A DNA stretch of 64,000 nt from Haliotis cracherodii (GCF_022045235.1 NW_027266286.1:70680001-70744000); one strand, 5' to 3'. Counted from the stretch's first letter, positions 10,810 to 25,734 are shown. The notes: generated by a model from the sequence alone, not told the origin. Numbers and translations are program-made.

Positions 10810-13107
10810 TTAGTACTGACAAGGTATGATAGAAGTAATTCAACACTGATGACATATGCAATGAGTACATGCAGTCGCTTTAATAGAAAAATAAACATCT
10901 CTCTATCTGAAGGGCATTTGTTTACAAGGACAAGGCAAACCTTCTCCACACATCTTCATGACCTGAACAAAACCTGTATGGTTGTCTAGGACTGAACCTA
11001 CACTTTCTGAACTACCAGAGAGTCTTGGCTTTCCAGAACTGATGTATTATATTTACATGTTTTTTAAGCAAAACAACAAAAACTGCCTAGGAATTTGTTA
11101 ACTTGAGAGGGGATTTAAATCTATGCATATTTTCAGAATGAATACTCATAAGGCTCTTCATACAAGGCATATTTCTGAAAAAAGTAAATTCTTTTTTTAC
11201 TTTATCAATATTTCTATTGACAAAATCAAACACGTCTACAGATCTATAAACATATTTGACAAAATTGACAGAGCAGAGCAGCATATTGCAATAATATTCA
11301 TTTGGCGAACAATGAAGTAGGTAGGTTGTGGAATTGGATTTTTTCAGTCTTCAGTGTACAAAATACGTAAAGTTCCCACAAGTAGATAATAACTGTGGGG
11401 AATTGAACCATGGTCAGAGTGAAGATCTAACACCTTCACACAGATTGTACATACCAGTCAAATGTAATCAAAATGCAATCTTTTACCAGACATGAAGCAA
11501 CTGCGAGCACTGATCCAATACCTTCTTTGTTATTGTAATCTGGTCAAGAGCAGGACTCAAGTCCGATGTCAACCCAATGCTTTGTTTCCACCAGATCTAC
11601 TAGTCAAATGCCTCTATAGTAAAAAATATGTCCCATACAGTGTTATCAACTGTACAATAACATAAATAAAAATTTACATACAGTTTCTGTACATGGTGAA
11701 TATAACTGATGACCGTTGGTTTATGACAATCCCTACTAAACAGCGGTTGTGAACTGTCATGACACTCTTACTGATATGTGAGCAGGATGACGTGAAATGA
11801 GAGGATGTGAAAACATTTCAAAGTTTAACATTCACATGACATTGGATAAAACATGGCTAAAAAAAATAATAGTCTTAGTTCTGAGGCACCACCTGCATCA
11901 TCAAAAAGTCTGCTGCACATTTCGTTTTTATTTCCCAAAAATTTAAAACCTTGAAATATTCCACGCTTTGAATACCTGACCCCAGCAGTGAAATGCTACA
12001 ATACTTAAGAACAACATGACTTTGCCACAATTATTGTAAACAAAATTTGCTTACATACTAGCTAAAAAGTAGATTGAACAACAACAAAAAAAACAAAAGA
12101 AAACACACCGCCCACCCACACTATATTTTCAAAAGCCACTGCCTGAGAACCAATTCTTTTATTTTGTTAGCCTATCAAATAACGGTAAATCTTACTTCAC
12201 TCTGCCATAAGTTAGCAGACATTCTGAAACTGTTATTAAGGAATAACAATTAATTGGAACATTGAAAATTGCCTGCACATTCTAAAAGAAACATCAGTCA
12301 CAAAAATAATTTTCTGTTATAAAAATTCCCTTTAAAGTGTTCTGGAAGCTATCATTTCATCGGTGGCCATAGTGTCACACTAACTACTTTTTGGCATCAA
12401 CATAAAATATTCCAAAGATGATAGATGAGAAACAATGATGGGAAATTGCACAATGTTAAAAATAAAACAAACTAAATGGCAACTGAGGAGACAATGCAGA
12501 TCAAACATGATACATTTCTTGAAACAGCCAATAAAGAGCTAAAGCTACTTTGATGTGTATTGGCTGCAAATTGAAGTTCTGCAAGTCAAGGAAAATTAAG
12601 TAAGACTACCATTTGACATTTTGTCTAAAACAATGCCATGGCTAACATTACATATTACCTTTGAAAATAGGGCAGGTAGGCTGAAGCTGTTTTCTAAAAC
12701 TACTACTATGATGGTGCAAACTGTAAAGGTACGCATGGCTCAGACAGATTCAACATACCTTCAATCAAAACACACAATTCACATAATATCACTGAGACAA
12801 GGACCTTCTCCTTGTTATGGACAGAAGGAATAAGAAACATGTGAAAGTAAGGAAGGATTTTTCAATGTTGATATATATGTATAACATGATACTATTTCCT
12901 ATCTTCAGGGATTAGAATGGATACTTTCCTTTTCAGCTGGAACTTCTTTTCAATTATAGCGTGGTCCATAATTTTTGGGGTCTGGGAGACTTGGTCCCCC
13001 TGAATCCATAAGATTTCAACAAATTTGTGGTCACTTAAATTCACAGATCCGCGGAATATTCTCACCCCTGTCTCAAATTATTCACCTTCAGGTCATCCCA
13101 AAAGTCA

Positions 13108-13278
13108 CTGAGTGAGTGAATGAGTATGGTTTTATGCAGCTTATAGCAATATTCCAGCAATATAACGGCGGGGGACACAAGAAATGGGCTTCACACATTG
13201 TACCCATGTCAGGAATCGAACCCGGGTCTTCAGCGTGACGAGCGAACGCTTTAACCGTAAGGCTACCCGACCGCCCCA
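13108..13278 (-). mobile_element. SINE family A
   Basis: Full length; TSD caaaagtca. Confidence 0.9.
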
Positions 13279-13509
13279 CAAAAGTCAATGAGCAAACAAG
13301 TTCAAGTGACAGAGATTGTAAAATATGATTATTCAGAAAGAATAGCTTTAATTCTAGTTCATAACATGTAATATGCTTAAAACCTCCATTAAAATGTTTT
13401 TATGAATGGGAATCATTTAATTTAAGATGCCAACCTAAAATACAAAAATTAATTACAAGCAGTTAGGGAGCTAAGGATGGGGCAGTACATATTACAAATG
13501 GAGACAGTT

Positions 13510-14004
13510 CAGGGCTCGATTTAAGGAACTGGATTTTACTTGCACCAGGTGCATGTTGACACGAAAACCTAGTTGCACCAGGTGCATGTTGACACGAAAA
13601 CCTAGTTGCACCAGACAAATCCGGGCTACACCTTGGTCCCATAAATTTTATTCAATTTTGAAACATAGGTTCATCTGGTGCCAGTGTCAGTAAATTAATT
13701 ACGTATTGCTGTCAGACGTTATGGGAACATGAGCACATCATCTTAAAGTGCCCACTTTTTGATGACATCAAGCCCAAGAAAGCATGACAAATTACACATA
13801 ACTCAGGGATTAGTGATATAGTATGGTAAATAGACCTTAGAGGTATTATGTACCCCTAAGATTGATGTGTGAACAATTAAGGGCTAGTCAGACACATATT
13901 AACTTTTTTACATGCACTTGTTGCATGTAGATATAACTATTAGGCTGCATTTTTCAATAGTAGGTTGCAAAGGTGCATGTTTTATATCGTTAAATCGAGC
14001 CCTG
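13510..14004 (+). mobile_element. Family G hAT-like MITE with 5-bp TSD
   Basis: TIR CAGGGCTCGATTTAA/TTAAATCGAGCCCTG; flanks cagtt/cagtt; decayed relatives at about 34706-35133 and 53598-53740. Confidence 0.8.
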
Positions 14005-15804
14005 CAGTTAACTATTGTTGACAACAGCAGAAAACCTGAGGCCATGTACCATTACAGATCTGTGATCAAACTGAGGAAAACTGCTTAATTATACCCGTAA
14101 CATTCAAGTAAAAGATCACTAGTCCTTCCTTCAGATATACCCGGAGATATCAGCGATTTGCCAGCTCACAAATCAGTGTTAGTCCTATTATGTTACAACA
14201 TGACAAAGCCCAGGGCACACCCCGCTAGTCTTCACAACTTGAAATAGAACCATGGAATAGATGGTATGCATCGAGAACTTGGTCAATAGTGCTTTAATTA
14301 CATATGCTGGTACTATATGTACAGCGCTATTGACCCAGTTTGAGATTCACACACTGCCAAATATCACTGCTTAGTCACATGACTGCAGATCCTTTCCCAC
14401 CAGATTGTAACCCTGTGATCAAATTCAATGATGATGTTTAGCGCTAGCAAAAAGTATATTTCTTGAAAAGAGTACTTTGCAATTTTTGTCTTTACTATTT
14501 ATGCCGGAATAGCTTGTTTTCACTAAAGAGTATTTAAGCACACATGCAGCTATCATCAGCTAATAATCGTGATACTTTGTGATTCTATTTCACATGGCCA
14601 GGGACCCGTTCCACAAAGCGATCTTAGCGCTAAGACTGTCGCAAACCTATGTTAAAGTATGGGAGTCTTACCGCTAAGATCGCTTTTGAATGAGGCCAAG
14701 GACTATAAATGCACTTTATGTGTAACTCTATGTGATGGAATCAGCAGGTATGTCTCATCTTCAGTCAGTGGGGGTACAGGTAACACCAGTAACATATAAC
14801 CACTTTATACTGCATGTATTCTATGCCTAGCTGCTGTGCCACAAAACATTCAGATTTACACTTAACAGGTGAAATATAAATCAAATATTTACATATATGT
14901 AAATATGTCTCTGTTTTAACTGGAGATATTTAAATGACTGTATTTAATTTCACAAAGTCCTCAAATATAATCGATTAACAGGTACATTTTGACAACAATA
15001 CTAAAGAATGGCCCAACGATTAATTAGTCAACTGGTTCACTATTGCTGATCAGTATTGTTCAAATGATTGTGCAAAAACTGTTGCAAAAGATGAATCAAA
15101 TTTGGTTGACATCCACAAGCATTAGAGCCATTTGAAATTCAGCCAATCGGGTGACTGCTGATCTCATTGTCAGCCTTCATACTTAAACGCCTATTTGCAA
15201 ACACTGAATTTCTCCAGTTGTAACAAAAAATATATATTTGGTGGAAATTACTAGGAATTATAGTCATTTGAAATTCATCAAACAAGATGGAACATGTCTC
15301 ACCGATTTATAAATAAATACATAAATATTGAGGTCCCAATACAGAGGTGAAAGTCACTCATGTACTGTAGCGCATACATAAGGAAAGTCACAAAATAAAC
15401 ACACAACACTGAAACATGTAGGAGAGCAATTTGTGACGTGTGATTAGTTTGTGAAACATTTTATACATGTGCTACTGTACACGTTTTTCTTCATATTTCA
15501 ATAAATACTTTCATTTCCAAAGCTGCACAAGGAGACAGCATGCCATCCCATAAGCTACCGGTATAATGGCCCAGGAGTCAGATGAACTAAAACCAGTTGG
15601 GCAAACTGACACTCACAACGACTTGCTCACAGAGCCAAATATATATTGCTGAGTACATGGTACTTGATCTCTGACACCTGGTGTCCAACAAAGACTGTTG
15701 TTACTTTTAGGCTATCAAACACTTTTAGATCATGCCAGGATGAATAAAGGCTATGGAATGAAGTACAACATCCTCCTATTTCAGTCAATGTCCACAGGGC
15801 CCCC

Positions 15805-16346
15805 CATCTTCCCAAGGCAAGCATGTCCACTAGCCTATATCAAAGCCTAGTTTCTATCCTTGCCACATCAAACCCACTTTTCTTGGCTCAACCCTGGCGC
15901 CACCTCGCGCATATCATGAGTTGTGCCCCTTGTAATGAAGACGCGATATCCTGTCAGATCGTTCTTATTCACAAAGAGCTTATTCATATCCAGTCAGATC
16001 GTTCTTATTCACAAAGAGCTTATTCATATTCATAGAGCTTCACAAAGATGGCGACTACCATAGGCGACGACCTAGTCAATCAGATAATGAAAACATTTGC
16101 TATTTATCCGTGACACAAAAACCTAGGAAAAAGACATATTCGTGTCAACAAAGACAGGCAGCGGTAAATCACTTTTATATGTAGGTGTATCATTCGTGGA
16201 TGTTGATTTTGTGAATGTTCTCTGATTGGACTTTCGATCTGTGCGATAGTCCTTTCATATTTAGCACAGGAAAGTGGGCTTTATGTGGCAAGGGTGGAAA
16301 CAAGACTGATAAAAAGGCAAGTGGACGCTCTTGCCTCGGGAAGATG
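15805..16346 (+). mobile_element. Family D' MITE (same terminal 17 bp as D, different interior)
   Basis: About 75-bp TIRs; TSD agggccccc/tgggcccac (7 of 9); internal duplication of about 40 bp at 15947-16030. Confidence 0.8.
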
Positions 16347-17695
16347 TGGGCCCACTTGCACAAAACAATCTTAGCAATGACACTGTCATTATGTAAATCT
16401 ATGTTAAAGTACAGGCATTTCAATAACCATAGTACTACACTGCTACAGTAACTTTGTGTGAGTGGGCCCTGGTGTTGTAGATATTAAGGGAGGTCCTGGA
16501 GGTCCTCAATCGAAAGTGAATCTAAGGACACCATTAACCTTTGATAATAATATTAGAGCTTTGACAAGAACTGTTGACTGTTATCCATAAACTCAAACAT
16601 CTGTCATGTTTGTAGGGTGATGAGATGCACATACAGCCCCACCCAACCCCACATATAAAATAAAACAAGAATCCAGGTAAGAACCCTCCAGATCTAATTT
16701 GTAGAAGAAAGTACAAGGTTAATGCAAATGTTCATCATAATCATAGTGGAGACGTCCCAGAGTGTGCCAGGCATATGCAACAGCAGTGTACAATACTTCA
16801 TACATTTCAACATAAATCTCAATAAGCTGCACTGTCCATCACTAGAATCTTCAACCTGTAGCCAAAATAATTTCCAGTAACTCTTTAACACCTCACCTTG
16901 CAGTTGCCACATGTAAAACACAAACTAGAAAATAATGCCAAACGACTTCTTTATGTCAAAATGAACATTCAGGAGCCTGTTCACAAAGTTTCTCAAAAGT
17001 ACACATGTAACTGATCTGAAGTTTGAGCTTTGGACTAGTCCTAGTGCACTGACCGTTCTTTGAATGGAACTCGGAAAAACAGGGTGATAAGGTTACGAAC
17101 TTAACCGTCAATGGATAAATGGAAGCCATTTTTCATGGTTGCTCTAGGTATGTCATGAAACTTCTACATTCTTCTCACAATAATAGCCCCATCATGATAG
17201 ATGTATAATGTCCCTGATAAAATGTGTTTAAAATCAAACTAATTTGTGAATGAATGTAACAAATATTGTTGCCATGAAAAAATATCAAAACATAGGAATA
17301 ATTAAAACAGGACTAAGATCATAAAAAATAGGAGGGTTGACATAAAATTAGAATTGGTCAAGCAGAAAAGAGGTTTCTGTTGATGTTCAATATGACACCT
17401 TTGTACCAACTTTCTAATTAGCGGCAAAGCTTGATGAATCTCTCACAACTGACCTAACAATAAAACACATATGTCCCTGTGTAATAACACACAAGTATGG
17501 TCAGCTTCGTTCACTGGACAGTATACCATGTGTTAAAAGTAATTGTCATTAAGAATCAAATAGTTGGCAAGACACATAATGAAAGCATAAAACTGCTAAT
17601 TAAATATCTGTTACATTCATAGAAAACTAAAGTAATCTGCTACTTTACAAAGGTCACACAGAGGTATTCAGTAATGTCTATAACAGATACTATCC

Positions 17696-17782
17696 TCATA
17701 AATGTGGACTTTCTGCAACGACGGTCTTCTTGCTGGTTTTTGATAAGGCTGAAACTTGACGCATTAATTCACGGTTTTTTAC
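17696..17782 (-). CDS. FAM76: FAM76 last coding exon (VKNRELMRQVSALSKTSKKTVVAESPHL*)
   Basis: tttcag| acceptor; TGA at 17698-17696; KNREL..Q..ALSK motif; total CDS 1254 nt. Confidence 0.9.
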   Translation of the reverse strand, partial: VKNRELMRQVSALSKTSKKTVVAESPHL

Positions 17783-17865
17783 CTGAAAAACAAATATGTT
17801 ACAAATTAGTCATTTATCTAATGTACAAACACATGCAAAACAAAACTACAATGTTACCAATGTTA

Positions 17866-18181
17866 GAGAAGAAGGAGAATGAGGAAGAGGAGGATGATGT
17901 TGAATGAGGACCGGAAAGAGAAGGTGGAGGTTGGAGGAGGAGAATGAGAAGAAGGATGTTAGAGGATGAGGATTATATTGGAGGAGATTGGAGGAGAAGA
18001 AGCAGGAGAAGAAGATGCAGGAGGAGGATGTTGGAGGATGAGGAGAAGGAGGATGTTGGAGGAGGAGGATGTTGGAGGAGATTGGAGAAGGATGATGATG
18101 ATGTTGGAGGATGAGGAGAAGGAGGATGTTGGAGGAGAATGATGTTGGAGGAGGAGAAGGAGAAAAGAAGGAGGAGGAGGA
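17866..18181. repeat. Purine-rich (GGA/GAA/GAT)n low-complexity tract in the last FAM76 intron
   Basis: Composition. Confidence 0.9.
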
Positions 18182-18317
18182 GTTGCGTGAATCGATGCTC
18201 ATAAAGTCAATCAATGGATTGTTCGGTCCAGACTTGATTATTTACAGACCACTGTCATATAGCTGGAATATTGCTGAGTGAGGCGTTAAGTAACAAATAA
18301 TCCAACAAAACAAACAA
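18181..18317 (+). mobile_element. Family B, 3' half
   Basis: gatgctcat...tagctggaatattgctgagtg...aaac tail. Confidence 0.8.
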
Positions 18318-18699
18318 TAATGATGGATACATGCAATAGTAACTGGGGTTGTGCAGTCTTCTGTTTTCCGTATGAATAGACAAACTTTAAGGAAGTTGTA
18401 CTCATTTGGTCTTATGATTACATTTATTTCTCTTAAGCATATCAGTATTAACTTTTTCATTATTAATACCAAACTGTTATTCAGCAATATCAAACTATTT
18501 GGGTTATACAATGACAATTTCCAATTTATCCCAGCCCAATCTTCCCTTATAGTGATATGAGAGCAGCATGTTCAATTACAATAAGTACACAATGTGAGAC
18601 CTCATTTTTAGGACCTCTGACATACCTTATCAAATAAATAAGTCTCTAGAAATCCTGTGACATGAATCATTTCCACCTGCAGAAAGTATGGACACTTAC

Positions 18700-18801
18700 C
18701 TGTAGAGTATCTATTGTGTCTGAACTTTGTTTTTGTAGAGTATTCAGTTTTGTTCGTGATTCTTTCTCAAATTCCCATTTTTCTGCTTTAAGTTCATTTA
18801 T
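18700..18801 (-). CDS. FAM76: FAM76 exon 8 (INELKAEKWEFEKESRTKLNTLQKQSSDTIDTLQ)
   Basis: ttccag| and |gtaagt; 102 bp; phase 0/0. Confidence 0.9.
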
Positions 18802-20426
18802 CTGGAAGAAAGGGAAGGCTGTATGAAACTCACAGGATCATCAAACAAATTCTGTGTTATATGGCAATGTATTTTATAGTTTAACAATGATCGTAACTGT
18901 GTTATGTTGTTTCAATAGAGATTCGGTAGAAGCTGCATTGTGTTTGTGCAGGGATTAGTCGTCAGGAATTAAGTACTATTAAATCAAAGCAGTCGTCAGA
19001 AAGTTACTATATTAAAATACAAGTGTGCAAGCTCCTCACAGCGATAGCCTGTTCGTGGAGCTCTCTATACTATCTCTGCCACCAGTGAAAGCTCCCTACT
19101 GTGATAGGTGACCACAACCATGCTTTGAGTTGAACTCACAACCGACTACTATGTTTACCATGTTTACAAACAAATGATGCTGCTGAATAATCTTACCTTT
19201 GCTAAATTATTTTCTTTCTTTGTCAATTTGATTACAACTATCATGTAATTGGTATAGTAAGAATGTAAGGGAGAAGTTGGTTGATTTTCTGTTCATCTGC
19301 AACCTCGAACCAATCCGATCAAACAAACATTAAGGTCAATTCATCTGGAATATATGGTCAGTCGTAAACCTTTTTCAAAATTAATTGTGATGGCATTCCC
19401 ACAGACATTAAGAAAAGTATAAACATTACTACATTTGGGGTTAAGGGGCAAAGTTTTAAGATTCTTGTAATGACGTGCACACACTGGTGGCAGCAATGTT
19501 ACCAGGAGTGTAACAAAAGTGTCACACGCTGGGGAGCTTGACAAGTGTGGTGTGTAAACTCCCAGTATACCATGGACTATGGAATATTCTGTTCTGGAAG
19601 CGACTTGGACTGTATAAAAGGGGACAGTAACGTGTTTACGCATCTATCGCATATTTGGTCTCTGACACACATGCATTTTCATCACATCAAAACCAGCTTT
19701 TATGTGAGGATCACCCATCATCCCCGATTCCCTGCCTTGTGTATCACGGAAGCTTGACCACTGTCACCACAGGATGAATATATATTATTATCACTGACTT
19801 TTGCTGTCACCAGTGTATTCTTGTATTTGATACTGACCTCTGCCATCATATTATTTCTTGCCATTGAATATTGCACTACCACTATATTGTGAACTGATAT
19901 TGTTATTGCTGAGCACTAACTTGTTTTGATTTGTAAATTATTTGTTGATAGTATACCACTTGTTTGTGGTTTGTTGGTTTCACACTAAGTTCATTTATGC
20001 ACAGATTTCTGGATTAACATCTTGGGAATTAACACATAACATCTGACAATGTAAATAGTCAATAAAATTGTTTACTATGCTTAGTGAAAACACTTTCAGA
20101 ACTATTTCACTTTGAATAGTACATGCATGTGTTCCACATTCAACAGTATGCAGATAAATCATGGAATGCCAGCATAATGTGGGAGGAAACACCTTAACTG
20201 ATGCAGATTCGGATGTTCCCAAAGCCACAAGTAATAATATGGTGCTAACAAACCAAGAATCCAAATTGATTAAAATCTGAGATTTGATCCCGCATCCACC
20301 ACACACAACTTACAGCACCTTCACCCCCCTGGGCCCTGTGGTATTGGTGCTATTGTGACTTTCAAACTGGTTAAACTCTAGCCCGACAGCTGTCCATGAA
20401 AATAATAACAAGGAAACACATGCTAC

Positions 20427-20577
20427 CTTCTTATCCTTCTCTTTGAGCTGTTGGTCTTTGCCTTGCAGCTGTTTCTTGAGAGATTCGAGCTGTTCTCTAA
20501 GCTGTGTGATGGCAATCATCTGGTCTGAGGAACCGATGTCCATAGTAGCTGCTGTGTCTGTTATACTGCTGCTGGTA
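20427..20577 (-). CDS. FAM76: FAM76 exon 7 (...DQMIAITQLREQLESLKKQLQGKDQQLKEKDKK), coiled coil
   Basis: ttacag| and |gtagca; 151 bp; matches the FAM76 C-terminal coiled coil. Confidence 0.92.
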
Positions 20578-20924
20578 CTGTAACAACAGCTTACGATTAA
20601 CAACAAATCTTTATGTAGCCAGCAGGGCTTGCTCCTTTCAAAAATTACTAGCCCTTCTCCAAACTAACAGGCCCAAAACTAAATGCTGGAGGCCACCCAG
20701 GTAGCTCAGAAAATTTTAGAACTCCTCACCCCTAAAACACCATTTCCTGCACTCTGAAATTAAATCTTGGCTTCTATTGCCTCATTTCATGGCGATTTTA
20801 TGAGCAAATAAAGAATTTGTTGTTGTACAGAATATTATGAAATGGCTGCCAGGTGTGTCATTCTACCGAGGTGATCACACCATTCAGACAACCTCATCAA
20901 AATTTGAAATTTTAGCAAACCGGT

Positions 20925-23613
20925 AAATTGTATATTTATATACTTATCCTATCTCACACTTTGCATTTCTCCCTTCTTCTTCGATCCTATGTGGCAACAT
21001 ACTCTGATTTTGAAAACTGTCTAGCCTTGTGAGCGGGAAAAAAACCCACACAATCAAACGGTTAACGATCCCGATACATGAGCATGAGATCGGGTATACA
21101 TGCCGAACGTTTTTTCCCATATGTCATTGACATATAGAATGACCCTGTAGCTGTAAACGCATAAGCAAAACGGCAGACGACTTAAAATCCAACCAGGAAG
21201 GACATCGATTCTTCAAACAAAACACAGCAACTACCTCCCACGGACCATAGAGTGCGCTAGGTTTGGGTAACTCTTTTAGAGGTGAGCGGAATAAAGGTTC
21301 GGGACACCGATCTCTTTTTCTTTTCTTTTTCGTTTTTGGATCGGCCACACCAAATGGTGACTTCATACATTAAGACTGAGAAGTCTGTACAGAGGATCTA
21401 ATCCACCCTCCTAAAGGGACTCGATCTGGGAAACCCAAACAAGCAAAAAACATGTAACACCACGTAAATGTTTCATGATTTATTCTGTATATACAATTGT
21501 AACCCGCAAGGATTACGAAGTATAACAGTTTATGTTCTGCATGAACTGGGGCGAAGGTAGTGAGACGCGAAAACAGTATCAGACTTCAAAAAGCATCCTC
21601 CATGATGGTTGAAAGGGTGCAGTTACTGTGGAGGGCCATGGTAGAAGCAACAGCACGAATCTCGTGAGGATAAGACGTTGTAGGTGGAGGCAGCCCAGCG
21701 AAGGAATATGCTTGCAGGATGATGTAGCGCAGCCAGAAGGATAGTGTCATACGAGAAATTTCCCATGTAGACGGGAAGTAGATGACAGAGTTAATAGAAC
21801 GCGAGGTAGGTTGCTAACGTGGATCCCCAAACTTTCCATGTTAAACGCAGGTTATGTAAATATTTGGCGATCTGTTGAGGCCAAGCCGAGGCAGGAGTGG
21901 AAATATCACAAGCACGACAATAAGTCTCAAAAGCTGTCCACTTGTGGTCATAAAGGCGCCTGGTGGAAGAACAATGGGCAGCAGTGATGGTCTTCACTAC
22001 CTACTGGGAGTAGCCTTTTGCGACGAGGGACTTCGGCAGATGGAGTGTTGTCAGGGACTGATGGAGCTACCGAGAGTGAGGTTGAAAGATGAGGTTGTCG
22101 CGGAGTTGAAGACAATGAAATAGTTCGTCAGCGAGCCTTAGCAAGGTGGGGAACCAGTTGTGTGTTGGGCAATAGGGCGCAACCAAAATCAGAGACAGGC
22201 AATTGGTGGCTGCTACCTTCTGCAGGACCTGAGGGAGGAACCCTCTCAGGGGGGAAAAGCGTAGGCATTGAGACTTTCCCACGAGATTGCCAATGCTCCC
22301 AAGCTAGGGGTCAGGGAAGGGAGATACAAATTGGGATAGTTGAGTGTTGAAGCTGGTGGCGAAGAGGTCTTCTTCTGGGGTCCGATAAAGTTGGCAGATC
22401 CATTGGAAAGATTGTGGATGATGACACCACTCAGTTGGTGATGGTCTGTCTGGTCTGGATAGGGAATCTGCTATGATGTTGGATATCCCCAGAATGTGCC
22501 GAGCGTGGACATGTATTTTGAGGGAGTCGATGAGATGAAAGAACTCAAGAGCAAGTGAGAGTAGGGACATCGACTCTGTGGATCTCATCCTGTTGATGTA
22601 CCACACTACCGCCGCAGACTGGATCATGAGGGAGGAGGACCGGAGGAGGTTCGACCAATGCGAATTCGCAAGAATGGCTGCCTGGCACTCGAGATTGATG
22701 ACAGACAGTTGCAGCGTCGACAAACAGAATCCTCGGGAAGATTCGATGGCGCCCTTGGGTCCGGTATAGGAATCCGATCGACACGAAGAGGGCTTTGAGC
22801 CACGTCTACCTCTCTGGCCTCTGCCGCGCCTGAGAAAGGGATTAGGCCGGGAGGAAATAAGCTCGCATAAATCACACTGGGCAGGAACAAATTGGTGATA
22901 TTGGCGTTCCTTTTTCTCTTGATCCTCCAATTGTCTTTTCTGAAGACATAGGAGGTCTACAGTGACCTGAAGGCTAGAGTCTCTCTGCACATCCTGTGTG
23001 ACCTGCTGTATCGCATCAGCAATCAAGGAGCAGGAAGACCAGGGTTGCTGATACAGTTTGGCCTTGACCTGATCGTCCCAGGAAGAATGTTGCAGTACAC
23101 TCCCCGAGTAAAGGCATCTTCTTCGGAATGAGTGGAGAGAGGCCACTTGTGGCGTCCAAGTGCGTTAGGTCCCAACCTTCAACCACATAAGACGATGTCG
23201 AGCACTTCCAAATCGGGAAAGGGGACCGCAGTAGATAGTCGCAACATAAGGAGTGAGGATGTGACATGGAAAAGGTACGTCTGCATTGTCTACACGCAGG
23301 ATGTTGTTTGTCCTTTTTTCCCATATTTATCAGCCGAAGAATACTTGACAACTTGACAACAATATTCTCTGATATTACAAACACGATGAGAAAGAGAATG
23401 ATTTGGTAGGTGTACATGTGGTCAGTTCAAGCCGTCTTGGCGTGCACAAGAGGCACATAATTGACCTGCTTTGGACATAATCATGGAGATGCGGAGGGCT
23501 TGGGGGGCTATCTTTATTTCAGAAGCTGGAAAAATGATTAAAGCATGTTCCCACATAGGATAAAAAAATAAGGGACAAATGCAATGTGTGAGATAGGATA
23601 AGTTTAAAAATTT
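20925..23613 (-). mobile_element. Internally deleted, decayed DIRS1-type tyrosine-recombinase retrotransposon in FAM76 intron 6
   Basis: About 80-bp inverted terminal repeats (acttatcctatctcacac...cctatgtgg); gag-like CxxC ORF; RNase H (YINR...ARHILGISNIIADSLSR); methyltransferase-like (DLFATSFNTQL, LILVAP); YR (PHEIRAVAST...FASHYLR); RT missing; stops and frameshifts. Confidence 0.85.
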
Positions 23614-24005
23614 ACATGATTCAAGAGCAGTGTCCAAATTAAAAAAATAAAACAGACACAGAGAAGGGGTGAAATTTTGACTAGCCTTTATGTTTCAGCA
23701 AGCCTTTCAAAATTCAGTTAAATCAACCCTAACAATTACACTCCGCTCTATTGCCTACATGATCTGGTTCGTTTCATTATTGAACAGCAGTATTTCAGCT
23801 ATATCACTGCAGCATTAATAAAACCTGACAGGAAAACCAGTGCATCGCAGTTCACAGCATCATCAATGCTCCAACCTGACAACAACTAACAGCTAAGCCA
23901 GTGACCCTGACAAACCGAACCCATTTTGAACTATAATCTGGTAAACAAGCAGGAGTTCCTGAGTATCCAGTGTGTGCCAAAACCTTTTGTGTATACTAGT
24001 CTGAA

Positions 24006-24140
24006 CATGCATGTCATTGTATCCCAATTGTGTAGATCGATGCTCATGACATCAATCCCTGGATTGTCTGGTCAAGACTCGATTACTTACAGACCGCCAT
24101 ATACCTAGAATATTGCTGAGTGAGGCATTAAACAACAAAC
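24006..24140 (+). mobile_element. Family B, 3' half
   Basis: Aligns to the other B copies. Confidence 0.8.
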
Positions 24141-24230
24141 TACAATGTGTTAGAGCAGTATTACTCTTTTTTAATCGTACAAACAGTGTCCTGCCCTGTC
24201 CTTAATCTCAAGACTGATATAGACACTTAC

Positions 24231-24317
24231 CTTTTTGGAGTAGATACGCCATTTGAGGAATTTTTTTCTGTTCTAGCTTTCTTGTTTGGACTAGTGGGAG
24301 ATGAAGTGTCTTCCGAC
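24231..24317 (-). CDS. FAM76: FAM76 exon 6 (SEDTSSPTSPNKKARTEKNSSNGVSTPK)
   Basis: ctcaag| and |gtaagt; 87 bp; phase 2/2; basic KKAR motif. Confidence 0.82.
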
Positions 24318-24611
24318 CTTGAGATGCAAAGTACATGAAATAAGTGTCAACTTATATTGTTTAAGTGAAAGAAACTGAAGATGAAGACTCGGACAAAAAT
24401 GTTAGGACCAGAATACCTCCCCATACAGCTTCCAAATGTCATTAAGGAGAACTACTACAATATGGATGATAAAAGTTTTAATCAGAAGAACACTCGAAAA
24501 TTTAATTACAACCAAACATTTTCACATTAACTATTGACGAAAAATAAATGAACAAAGTCGGTAATACAAAAACAAATATTTACAAAATATGTCCTGTCAT
24601 GTTCTAAAAAG

Positions 24612-24780
24612 TGAGTGAGTGAGTGAATATGGTTTTACGCCACTTTTAGCAATATTCCAGCAATATCACAGCGGGGGACACCAGAAATGGGCTTCACACA
24701 TTGTACCAATGTCAGGAATCGAACCAGGGTCTTCGGCGTGACGAGCGAACGCTTTAACCACTAGGCTACCCGACCGCCCC
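24612..24780 (-). mobile_element. SINE family A
   Basis: Full length; 12-bp TSD tgttctaaaaag. Confidence 0.92.
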
Positions 24781-24972
24781 TGTTCTAAAAAGAGTATTGC
24801 ACATGAAAATCAGTACATTTGGTTCTCCGACTCTTTTAGCACCATTCCAGTCATACCACAGCAGGGTTAACATCAAGATTGGATGTACATTGTAACCATG
24901 TCTTTGGCATAATAAACCAAAACTTCAACCAATATGTCATCCAAACACCCCTAGCCATTGAGAAAGAACTCA

Positions 24973-25539
<567 letters not shown>

Positions 25540-25734
25540 CTATCTTTGCATTAGCTGCCATCATCAGTATTCCCAGGACAAAAAACAAGATGCAGTGTCA
25601 AACACTTGACATCATATCACTACTGAAAAGTGAATGACGACAAAACGGAACTCCTGGTCATCATCTCCAGACAGATGCAGCCAAGGACATCAGTCCCCAG
25701 TCTAACAATTAGCAAAAGGGGCACGAATTGGGTT

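Noticed and set aside
19520-20020. Possible solo LTR (TGTCAC...TTAACA with TATAAAAG)
   Set aside because: No TSD, PBS/PPT or second copy seen, so it cannot be supported
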